A DNA stretch of 64,000 bases from Candidatus Omnitrophota bacterium (GTDB taxonomy: Bacteria > Omnitrophota > Gorgyraeia > Zapsychrales > Fredricksoniimonadaceae). The notes under the pieces are model-generated. The model did no database searches, had not been told where the DNA came from, and saw only the letters and a list, made by a program, of their open reading frames with translations. A program made the position numbers and the translations under genes. The stretch's first letter is position 1. Every line of letters starts with the position of its first letter. This document shows positions 8,507 through 17,100 of this stretch, piece by piece. Location of the stretch: contig JADFXH010000005.1 in NCBI GenBank assembly GCA_015233675.1, positions 16,964 to 80,963 on the forward strand. Reading direction: 5' to 3'.

Positions 8507-8576
8507 CTGAATGCCTGCTTTTGTTAAGAAGTGGGCACGTGATTGAGGATGCAATAGTATAAACAGGAATTAAAAT

Positions 8577-11213
8577 ATGCGTTATTATGTGTTGATTTTA
8601 TTATTTTTTATATTAATTACGTTATCTGCTAAAGTGCAGGCGTCGGCTTCTGTTACTATACAAACGCTTACTAGCTCAAGCAGTTCAAACAGCTCGACAT
8701 GCTCCCTTCTGAATCCTAACTGTCAGTATCCTCTGCAGTCTACTATTCTTCTTACGGCTACTACTTCAGGGAAAACTCCGTATGTGACTTTTTATTACCA
8801 GCAAGGAGGAAATACGATCATTTTGGGAACAGTTTCTCCCAGCGACAGTACTGGTACCACCTTTATCTATAGCTGGACCCCGCCGCCAGCACTAACGGGA
8901 ACTTTTTCTGTATATGCGGCCGCTTCAAATGGAGTAGCGCTTGGAAGCACTTCTTTGTATGGGCCGATTGACCTTGTGGGAGATACAACCCTTTTCCCAA
9001 ACGCAAATCTTGCTAATAATTCGATTTTTGGAGAGGGAGGCAGCGGTAGCTGGCTGCCGGGTGACAATCAAATGTGTTCAGCCTCCTGGCCGTATAATGG
9101 GGACCTCTCCGCTCCCAACGGCATGTGCGAGTGGACCGGAACTGCGGCGGCAAGCCCTCTTTCTGTAACAGCCAATAGCACCGTCGATAGTCTGGATGAT
9201 GTTATGCATACCTTTTCAGATTTTGTTACTTTTTCTAATAGTATCCTTAATTCTGATGCTGGGACAATAAATACAACTTTTGATAACTGGTATCCCTTTG
9301 CCGCTCAGTGGATTGCTCCTGCATGTACAGGGGCGGATCAATGTAGCACAGATACCTCTGTTTTGGGGGATCCTTTGAGCCTGACGCCTCCTGCGTGTCC
9401 AAATGTCAGCTGTAACCCAGGTGACAATGATGGACGTTTGTTAAGTATTTATGAGCCAGCTGGCTATCCTAATATTAGCGGGTGGGCATACAATAATAAA
9501 AAACCAGCGGTAGATAAACTCAATGACTGGAATAATGCGGTTACAACGTGGCTTAACACAAGCTATACGCCTTCAACCGCGACCAGCTCTACTGCCGTCT
9601 GGTGCGTTCCATTGGAATCGGCGATATCCGGTTCTGCTGAAGACACGTATATTCAACAAAACGCCCCTACTTCCGTCTGGGGAGACCTTCCCCATGTCAT
9701 TGCCTGTTTGAATTATAATGCCGGTCCAACAACGGCGCAGCAGGCGACCAGTAATTATCAAAATTATTTAAGTTGTCTGAACTATTTGCAGAGCGGGGCA
9801 TGCCCTACTGTCATATCAGGGACTCCGTGCGATGCCGGGGTGCTTGGAGCATCTTCTCCTGTTTGGGATTCAAGCGATCCTAATAGGTGCAATGTTTTTT
9901 CAAAAGGAAGTTTCGCGAATGCAGTGAATAATCAAATTAATTTCGGCCCTGTGAACAACTACAAAAACTGCCTGTCTTTGGTGACGAACCAATGTCCTGC
10001 CAGCTTGGCAAACACCGTCTGCGACCCTTCAGTTTTAGGCAGATCACTCACGTCAGGATATACCGGATGCGCCGATGGCAGTTCGTGCAGCGGAGGTAAA
10101 TGCAGCACAAGCGGGGCTAAGTGTGTTGTCGCATATTCAGGAGGGGCAGGATCATCAAGTTGTAATCCTGTCGCTTCCGTTTCAGACCAGTATCCCTACT
10201 CGAAATGGCTGGAGGATAATATAACCTTATTTACTGACGAGACCCCGAAATTTTCTTTGCGTTCGGCATTTTTAACCGATATCTTTACAAGGGCACAAAC
10301 CATGCAAAATATAACTGCCCAGGCGGATATTGCCCTGCATAATTTTTTAAAGCCCTGCGGCTCAGCTGACTGTTCAGACGGCGGCCCGGCGGCCCAGCTG
10401 ATCTACAGGCACACTCAGGTTCAAAATTCTACCACAGCATTACCAAAAGCATTACCAAATGCCGTTGTTTACGGATGGGTAGACAGCACCTTGCCTAATG
10501 GACAGACCTTGCCCGGCAGACCGGCAGGAGCGGGGGGATACGCTCATATTGTTAAAGTTACAGCATTTTCGACAGGACGTAACGGTAAGAATGGCGAAGG
10601 GGGCGTGGCAATACAAAGTCAAATGCCTTGGATTTACACGTGGACATCAGGGACTTTTGGCACGAAGAGAAACTTCGAACTAATGTCCCGCGATGGAGCC
10701 GTGTTCGTCAGTGTCAAGCGCTGGGATGAGGAACATAGCAGTGCGGTTACTTTTCCTAATGGGAATACGTTATGGCAATTTTTGTACCATAATCCTAATG
10801 CTTTAAAAAATATTAACATAGCAACACCATTCAGTCTTTTTGGGGCTGTGGGGGGATGCGCCATAAATTACGGCGCCAGTGGAATTTTTGGATTTGGACT
10901 GATGGCCCAAACAGCGCAAGGTCTGGCGGCCAGTAACATTGTACCTCAAGACAAGACTTCTCTTCAGTATGCTTTTATGTTAAATGATAGTGGGGATGGA
11001 ACAGTTGACACGACCAATGGAGCCTCCTCCTCATCCTGTATACAAGCAGCCGATGCATTGTTGTCCACGGGCACGGAAAGTCATGCTTGCGCGGAGTATA
11101 TAGCCTCCAGCAATGCTTCAAAGAGTTCAGGGACCGGAGATACAGATTATTCTATTAAATTTGTTGATTGCAGCACTCTTTATGGCAGCACATTGCCAGA
11201 TGCGGAACCGTAG
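8577..11213 (+). CDS. Secreted Cys-rich protein of unknown function (878 aa), candidate pilus-associated adhesin
   Basis: Signal-peptide-like N-terminus MRYYVLILLFFILITLSAKVQA-SAS, then an Ig-like N-terminal region (FIYSWTPPPALTGTFSVYAAASNG). Many Cys, Ser, Thr and Asn; no catalytic motif recognised. It is embedded between pilin-like genes. Confidence 0.55.
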   Translation: MRYYVLILLFFILITLSAKVQASASVTIQTLTSSSSSNSSTCSLLNPNCQYPLQSTILLTATTSGKTPYVTFYYQQGGNTIILGTVSPSDSTGTTFIYSWTPPPALTGTFSVYAAASNGVALGSTSLYGPIDLVGDTTLFPNANLANNSIFGEGGSGSWLPGDNQMCSASWPYNGDLSAPNGMCEWTGTAAASPLSVTANSTVDSLDDVMHTFSDFVTFSNSILNSDAGTINTTFDNWYPFAAQWIAPACTGADQCSTDTSVLGDPLSLTPPACPNVSCNPGDNDGRLLSIYEPAGYPNISGWAYNNKKPAVDKLNDWNNAVTTWLNTSYTPSTATSSTAVWCVPLESAISGSAEDTYIQQNAPTSVWGDLPHVIACLNYNAGPTTAQQATSNYQNYLSCLNYLQSGACPTVISGTPCDAGVLGASSPVWDSSDPNRCNVFSKGSFANAVNNQINFGPVNNYKNCLSLVTNQCPASLANTVCDPSVLGRSLTSGYTGCADGSSCSGGKCSTSGAKCVVAYSGGAGSSSCNPVASVSDQYPYSKWLEDNITLFTDETPKFSLRSAFLTDIFTRAQTMQNITAQADIALHNFLKPCGSADCSDGGPAAQLIYRHTQVQNSTTALPKALPNAVVYGWVDSTLPNGQTLPGRPAGAGGYAHIVKVTAFSTGRNGKNGEGGVAIQSQMPWIYTWTSGTFGTKRNFELMSRDGAVFVSVKRWDEEHSSAVTFPNGNTLWQFLYHNPNALKNINIATPFSLFGAVGGCAINYGASGIFGFGLMAQTAQGLAASNIVPQDKTSLQYAFMLNDSGDGTVDTTNGASSSSCIQAADALLSTGTESHACAEYIASSNASKSSGTGDTDYSIKFVDCSTLYGSTLPDAEP

Positions 11214-11234
11214 TTTGAATATTGGAGATGTCGA

Positions 11235-11576
11235 ATGAGTAGGTCAGACCGTTATCTTAAAGCCTTCGCCATCGTCGAATTTGTGGTGTTGTTTGTCATT
11301 ATCATTTCGGCATTTTTGATAATGAGAAATTATATTCAGCGCGGGATTTATGGCAAATTGGCAAAGACAGGACAAAGCTTTGCCTATGGGCGCCAGTTTG
11401 ATCCACAAAAGACGATTGAATGCGGTTTTGATCCCCAATCAAATACATGGTTTGACCGCAATTGCTTTGAATATTATAAAGTTAACAATAAGTGCAATGG
11501 CAACCCTGATTGTGAAGAGAGCATTATAAATGGCAGCCTATGTTCTTCAAGCGGCTGTATTCAAACCAGCAACTAA
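11235..11576 (+). CDS. Prepilin-like protein (113 aa) with Cys-rich C-terminus
   Basis: SD TGGAGA upstream. LKA-FAIVEF-VVLFVIIISAFLIM is prepilin-like. NYIQRGIYGKL is related to the Y[LV]KRGIQGR motif of paralogs 4 and 8. Confidence 0.6.
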   Translation: MSRSDRYLKAFAIVEFVVLFVIIISAFLIMRNYIQRGIYGKLAKTGQSFAYGRQFDPQKTIECGFDPQSNTWFDRNCFEYYKVNNKCNGNPDCEESIINGSLCSSSGCIQTSN

Positions 11577-11627
11577 TAAACAGCCGCTTTGATTTTATTG
11601 TCAAATTTTTTCTAACTAGTAAGTTTT

Positions 11628-12503
11628 ATGTTATATTTGTATTATATGCTCATCCTTGCCCTATTATTAATATTTCTTTCCGTCTCTCTTTTAGGAGTCA
11701 CCTTGGTGCCGGCGCTGGTGGCCAAGTCCGGCCAGCTAAACAAAAACCGGGCCATGGCCGTCGTCGGGAAGGTTGACCGGTTCCTGAATGAAGAAGAGAT
11801 AAAGAAAATGTACCAGATGACCCTGTTGGGCCCTGTTGCTTTGGGGCTTGCGGGGGTTTTTCTTTTCCCTCAAGGAAAAAATTTAATCGGGCTTATTATC
11901 GGAGTAGTGCTGGGATTTATTCTACCCCGCATGTATATTGGCCGTATCCTCAATGCCCGCAAACAGAAATTTGATGACCAGTTTATTGATGCCCTTATGA
12001 TCATGTCCAGTTCTTTTCGAGGGGGCTTAAGTCTTGTCCAGGCCTTTGAATCCGTGGCAGATGAAATGCCTGAGCCGGTAAAAGGCGAGTTTGGCGTAGT
12101 ATTAGGGGAGAACAAAATGGGGGTTTCTTTGGACGAATCTCTAAATCGTCTTTATAGGCGGATGCCATCCCCTGCCATGCAGCAGATGGTAACTGCTATT
12201 TTGCTGGCTCGTGAAACCGGAGGTAATTTGCCGGTTATTTTTATGCGCATCGTCAGCAGCACCCGTGAACGTAAAAAGATAGAGAAAAACCTGCAAACCC
12301 TGACGGTGCAAGGAAAGATCCAGGCATTCGTTATGACCGGTTTACCGGTATTTTTCTTTTTTACCGTATCGGGCACTAATCCGCATTTTTTTGATGTCAT
12401 GACTCATTCGCCCATGGGGCAGAAGCTGATGATTATATGTATTGTATTGTGGGTACTGGGGGCGCTAAGCATTTGGAAAATATCAACATTTAAGGACATA
12501 TAA
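11628..12503 (+). CDS. tadB: TadB-like pilus platform protein (type II secretion system F domain)
   Basis: 291 aa with an N-terminal TM and a central soluble T2SSF-like segment (FIDALMIMSSSFRGGLSLVQAFESVADEMPEP...GVSLDESLNRL...ILLARETGGNL). C-terminal TM helices are present. It sits immediately before a second T2SSF protein, as in tad loci. Confidence 0.8.
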   Translation: MLYLYYMLILALLLIFLSVSLLGVTLVPALVAKSGQLNKNRAMAVVGKVDRFLNEEEIKKMYQMTLLGPVALGLAGVFLFPQGKNLIGLIIGVVLGFILPRMYIGRILNARKQKFDDQFIDALMIMSSSFRGGLSLVQAFESVADEMPEPVKGEFGVVLGENKMGVSLDESLNRLYRRMPSPAMQQMVTAILLARETGGNLPVIFMRIVSSTRERKKIEKNLQTLTVQGKIQAFVMTGLPVFFFFTVSGTNPHFFDVMTHSPMGQKLMIICIVLWVLGALSIWKISTFKDI

Positions 12504-12507
12504 AGCA

Positions 12508-13419
12508 ATGTTAGTACCGTTATTATTAGCATTTTTTGCCGGATTTTCCCTGGTTTTGGCCTTTTTTCCTGTGGCTCTGGATTATCGCCCCAAATTGAAA
12601 TTGAATATTGATGACCCTTTCGCGGCCATTCAGCAAAAGCCCGCTGAGCGTAAAAGGGGGTTGGGAGCAGATTTGGCGCTTTTTATAAGGAATAAAATAG
12701 CGATTATTAACGCGCCTCTTGCTGTTTCGCCGATCGGAAGGCGTGTCTTTCACGATTTGGGCATGGCAAAATCGAGCCTTAGCGTCGAAGAATTCTTTTT
12801 GATCAAGGAATGTCTGATTGCGGGGAGTCTTTTTTTGGTGATTAAAGGAGGCGCAAATGCCGACTTTTTCATGTTTTTAGTTTTAATGAGTTTAGCTTTA
12901 GGATATATGCTGCCGGAATTCTGGCTGAAGTCCAGAATAAAGAAAGTAAAAGGAGAGATTTTAAGGTATTTACCGGATACCGTTGACCTTTTGGGTCTTT
13001 GCGTTAATGCTGGTTTGGATTTTATATTAGCGCTTAAGTATGTAGTGGAAAAATCAACCCCAACGGTGATTATTGACGAATTAAGGAACATGATGCAGGA
13101 AATCAATGTGGGTAAGCCCAGGCGTGATGCGTTGAGGGACCTTGCCCGCAAGTACGAATTGCCGGATTTGTCCACGTTTTCCAGAACTTTGATTCAAGCA
13201 GACAGAATGGGGACATCTGTTATAGAAGCATTAAACATCCTTTCCGAAGACATGCGCGAGGCCCGCTTCAGGAGAGGGGAAGCTATGGCTTTGAAGGCTC
13301 CTTTAAAGATGCTTGTCCCTCTGTTATTTTTTATATTCCCGGTTGTTGCAATATTAGTTGCCGGCCCAGTCTTCCTAGATTTCATGCAAAACAACCCCAT
13401 AAAAAATCTCGCCCATTAG
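12508..13419 (+). CDS. tadC: TadC-like pilus platform protein (type II secretion system F domain)
   Basis: 303 aa. LPDTVDLLGLCVNAGLDFILALKYVVEK...EINVGKPRRDALRDLARKY...LIQADRMGTSVIEALNILSEDMREARFRRGEAMALKAPLKMLVPLLFFIFP matches the TadC/GspF-type pattern. Confidence 0.8.
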   Translation: MLVPLLLAFFAGFSLVLAFFPVALDYRPKLKLNIDDPFAAIQQKPAERKRGLGADLALFIRNKIAIINAPLAVSPIGRRVFHDLGMAKSSLSVEEFFLIKECLIAGSLFLVIKGGANADFFMFLVLMSLALGYMLPEFWLKSRIKKVKGEILRYLPDTVDLLGLCVNAGLDFILALKYVVEKSTPTVIIDELRNMMQEINVGKPRRDALRDLARKYELPDLSTFSRTLIQADRMGTSVIEALNILSEDMREARFRRGEAMALKAPLKMLVPLLFFIFPVVAILVAGPVFLDFMQNNPIKNLAH

Positions 13420-13454
13420 ACTATAGCCATACAGGTCATTTTTAAGAAGATTAT

Positions 13455-13480
13455 GTCATTCCCGCGAAAGCGGGAATCCA
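13455..13480 (+). repeat. 26-nt palindromic REP-like element, copy 2 (GTCATTCCCGCGAAAGCGGGAATCCA); plausible intrinsic terminator of the tad operon
   Basis: Same element as 1122-1147. It has a 7-bp GC-rich stem and a GAAA loop, is followed by TTTTTATATT, and lies 36 nt after the tadC stop. Confidence 0.65.
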
Positions 13481-13523
13481 TTTTTATATTACGCTTCATT
13501 TCAGCTAAAGCCCAGATCTAGTT

Positions 13524-13656
13524 AATTTCCACTCTAAAACAATGTCCATTCTAATTTGTGTTAAATATAATAAGCAGAAGTATTGTCCATTCTGAAAAAC
13601 AAATAAAAAAATTTCCAATATAATTCAATTTCCACTCAAAAAATGTCCATTCTGAT
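13524..13656 (+). promoter_or_regulatory. Three direct copies of TGTCCATTCT (two within a longer AATTTCCACTC-A4/5-ATGTCCATTCT-[AG]AT unit) in the tadC to giant-gene spacer
   Basis: Core copies lie at 13543-13552, 13584-13593 and 13644-13653. The long units lie at 13524-13555 and 13627-13656. This is a candidate operator array or remnant of a small repeat element; no function is shown. Confidence 0.35.
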
Positions 13657-13689
13657 AAAATTTTATGTAAAATGAGATTTTCTTATTCT

Positions 13690-13757
13690 CCTCACCATTG
13701 ATGGGGGAGGTAAGGTGAGGGGGGGGGAATTCGTAGGGGCCGACCTTGTGTCGGCCC
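13690..13757 (+). repeat. Two adjacent hairpin elements separated by a G9 tract
   Basis: CCTCACC (13690-13696) pairs with GGTGAGG (13714-13720). A G9 run lies at 13719-13727. GGGCCGAC (13737-13744) pairs with GTCGGCCC (13750-13757) with a 5-nt loop. No T-run follows either hairpin. Confidence 0.6.
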
Positions 13758-14087
13758 GATAAAAAACAATCAAAAATTGTCACCCAATATTAAGCTTCAG
13801 GAAATTATAAAACTAAAAGTGGAGTAAAAATCTTATCAAACATCAATTTATTAATAAAAAAAGCGCATACAAATTTATTTATAAAAGATTGTGGAGTAAA
13901 AAATCCAAAAAACGATAATTTAATGATTGAAAAATTCAAAACCCACCTCTAATTAATTTTAATATAGAATATAGTTTATAAAATAGAGAAAATTGCACAT
14001 TTATTTATATTTCTTTATTTTTGTTTTAACACAAACATAACTTTAATATTTATAATATGTTATAAATGTAAAATAATTTCCAAAAAC

Positions 14088-14115
14088 TTGCTAATCGTAA
14101 AATATATGGTATACT
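14088..14115 (+). promoter_or_regulatory. Candidate sigma70-type promoter of the giant gene (TTGCTA, 16-nt spacer, TGg-TATACT extended -10)
   Basis: TTGCTA at 14088-14093; TG at 14107-14108; TATACT at 14110-14115. It lies in a very AT-rich spacer, ~40 nt upstream of ATG 14156. The -10 region is nearly identical to the flp promoter candidate. Confidence 0.4.
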
Positions 14116-14155
14116 CCAATTGTCGACGACAACATGGAACCAGAATACAAAAAAC

Positions 14156-17100
14156 ATGAGCCAAAATTTGGAAAACACAGCTGAATTTCCTGATCAGGAA
14201 CAAAATGTTCCGCAAGCCCAGGACAACGCTGTGAATTCTTTTGTTTCGGCCCCTCAAACTCCCGCATCAGACGCCAACCCCTTTGTAAGCCGTTTCAACC
14301 AGTGGATAAAGATCATCGCCATTATAGTTTTATCCACCTTTATACCGGACCAAATCAGCTGGGCATTTGGCTATAATCCGGCAGTGCTTTACAAAAATTT
14401 ACCGATGTACACCATGCAAAATGCGGACATGCCTTTGCCAAAGCCTGCTATGCAGGTAGCCGGAAGTGTTGAATATTTGCTCAAGCAAATTCAAGACAAG
14501 CCAAAGCTTCGTTTGGAATTAAATTTAGACCAGAGATCTTCTCATTCCCTTGAAATCGACACCAAAACTGTTTTTAATTCAATAAAGATCAAACAAATCA
14601 CACAGTGGCTTAATTCGCCGGATCTTAATGTCCTTAATTGCGGTGTATATGCTTTAAAGAATATTTTAGAATCCCAAGGCATTAAGCGTTCTTTGTCTGA
14701 AATCGCTGTGATGACTTTGTCAGTGGACATCATGGCGGATATCATTAAAATCGGTGAGCCGAAATTAAAAACAACCCTTTTTGCAATTAATAAAACCGCT
14801 AAAGCGCTGGGGTTAGATTATGAAAGCTTAAAGCTTTCTCCTTTAGATACTCTGAATTTAAAAACCCCATTTATCGCGCATTTTAAAAATGAACATTTTG
14901 TCACGGTTCAAAAAGTACTTGGCGGGAAGGTATATTATACCGACCTTGATTATCCCCGCATAGTTGACCAGCAGGATTTCCTGAATAATTCCGACGGCAT
15001 CGTCTTTGCCCAACCCCCTTCTTTATCATCCTCTCAAGCGATACCCGAAGCCCTGCAAGCCTTTGTCTGGGGCGACAAATGGCGCGACAAGAGCAGCTCT
15101 TTGCCCGGGTTTATGACCAGCGCCCAAATTAACTTTCAGATTATCATGGCGATAGTTACAGTTTTTCTGCCGGTCAAGGGCGGTATTGTTCTGGCCGATT
15201 TTAGCTTTCAATTAGGCCAATTCATGGGGTCTCTGGGAAATATTTGTGTATTGGAAAAGAAATGCAGTCAGGACACAGCTTTTATTTTATCTCACGCATT
15301 GACGGCTGCCTTTTCAGCATTTGAGGGAACTTTAAGCAATGGGGGCACTTGGAGCGCCGCATGGTCCTCCTTTGGAGACGGCCTTATCTTTGGTTCCGTT
15401 AATGCCGTTGTGGATTTGGAAATCGCCAAAGTGGTTAATAATGCGTTTTGTCCCGCCAGCGCAAATCCTTGCAGCGATACTAATCAAATTTTGTCCCAAT
15501 TAGTTAGCACGATTGCAGACTCTGTAGCTGATAAAGTTGTCGATCAGGGGGTTGCCAGTGTTTCGGACCAACTTTTTCATACTGATCTAACTGAGTTTTT
15601 AAATGGACCATCGCCGGATGAAGCTAAAAAGATGGTTGAAAAGGATAATCAAGCTGTTAAAGCCGATGAGCAAACCTATCAAGCCGATCAGCCAACAGTT
15701 GATGGTCAGCCGCAAACAGTTGATGAACAGCAGAAAACAGTTGACGCCGAGGAGCAAACAGCGGATGCTTTGCAGAAAACAGTTGATACAGAACAGGCTG
15801 ATTTAACTAAGGATCCGAACAACACCGAACTTCAGAGCAAACTTAAAGTCGCCCAAGACAATCTTAACGCTATTAACCACAAGCTTGATAACGACACAGA
15901 TAAACTCATTTCCGCCACAGACGATCTTAGGCAACTTCAAGCTGACGAGGCAAAACGTAATCTCGACAAGACCTACCTTGATAATCCAAAAAATTTCAAT
16001 GATGCATTGCATAAAATAATGATCAAATCGCTTCCTTTTATTGTTAGCCAGCTAGCAGAGGCGGCGGCGAGGTTCATCGCATATAAGGAGTTCAATGTCA
16101 AAGCCACGGACGGCCTTTCCAATGCTATCGGTCTCGGGGCCAGCATGATCGCTAACACCGCTTTTTCTGACTCAAAGTTCTATACAAAAGAGTTTAAGGA
16201 TACTTTTCCTAATACTCCTAATCAAGCACAAGACATGACGGATTCTTTTAGGCGTGCGATCATCGCTTTTGGGTTGGGGATGCTGTCAAATAGCGCGATC
16301 GGAAAATACGACGAAACTAAAGCCAAAGATGATCCGTCTTACGCTCATGAGTATAGTTATGACCAGGCTGAATTTCAGACTCTGGTCTTGTTGGGTTCCA
16401 GTCTTTTGTCTGATATGATATTAGTGAGTTTGCCTCCAAGTGGAGAAAGTACACAAACAAGCAGGGTAGGATTCTGGCCCGCGTTTCAGTCAATATGGAA
16501 TGGGGAGGCCAGTTCTTCCTCAGGGGAATACCAAAGAGATGGCAAAATACCGGTGCAGGAAATTCCAGCAGGAAGTTCCCCATTTGTGATTCCGGATTTT
16601 GCCGAAAGTTTAGGAGGCAAGCCCCTTTTAGCTGCTTATTTTAGAAATGGATCATGGGGAGGGGCTGAGAATTTTATAGATTGGTCAAATACCCAATCTG
16701 AAATGATTGGTTTTACTGCCGATAGCGCCGCTTCTGCGGATACGATGTGGACGCAGATGAAGAAGAACAATAAGACGAACAATAAGACGAACATTGGTCC
16801 TGCCCAACGCACTATCGGCGGTCTGATCACCTTCGGAATAGTCACCCCTGCGGTTTCCAACAGCACATTGCAGGACCAGTTCCTTCTTTCCATGCTTCAA
16901 TCGCATATGATAGGGAATATCGGTATCGATCCCGGCTATATTGCCAGCCAGGCGCAAGAGGCCAATATCACAAGTATTAGTAATTTAGGATATATTACGG
17001 AGTATGCATATGCAAAATTGTTTAATACCAAAATTAATACCGCCGCGCTTAATGCTGTGAAGAAGATAACGGGAACCTTTCAAGTTCAAGCTGCTAAGGC

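Noticed and set aside
13524-13906. Possibility that the intergenic direct repeats form a CRISPR array or a mini-transposon (MITE).
   Set aside because: There are only two to three copies, with irregular spacing (41 and 60 nt; 72 nt) and short cores. No terminal inverted repeats with target-site duplication were seen, and there are no cas or transposase genes nearby.
14120-14155. In-frame TTG at 14120 as an alternative start of the giant ORF (12 extra codons).
   Set aside because: It has no SD and would lie at or upstream of the transcription start implied by the candidate -10 box (14110-14115). ATG 14156 is the first ATG. The start remains uncertain either way.
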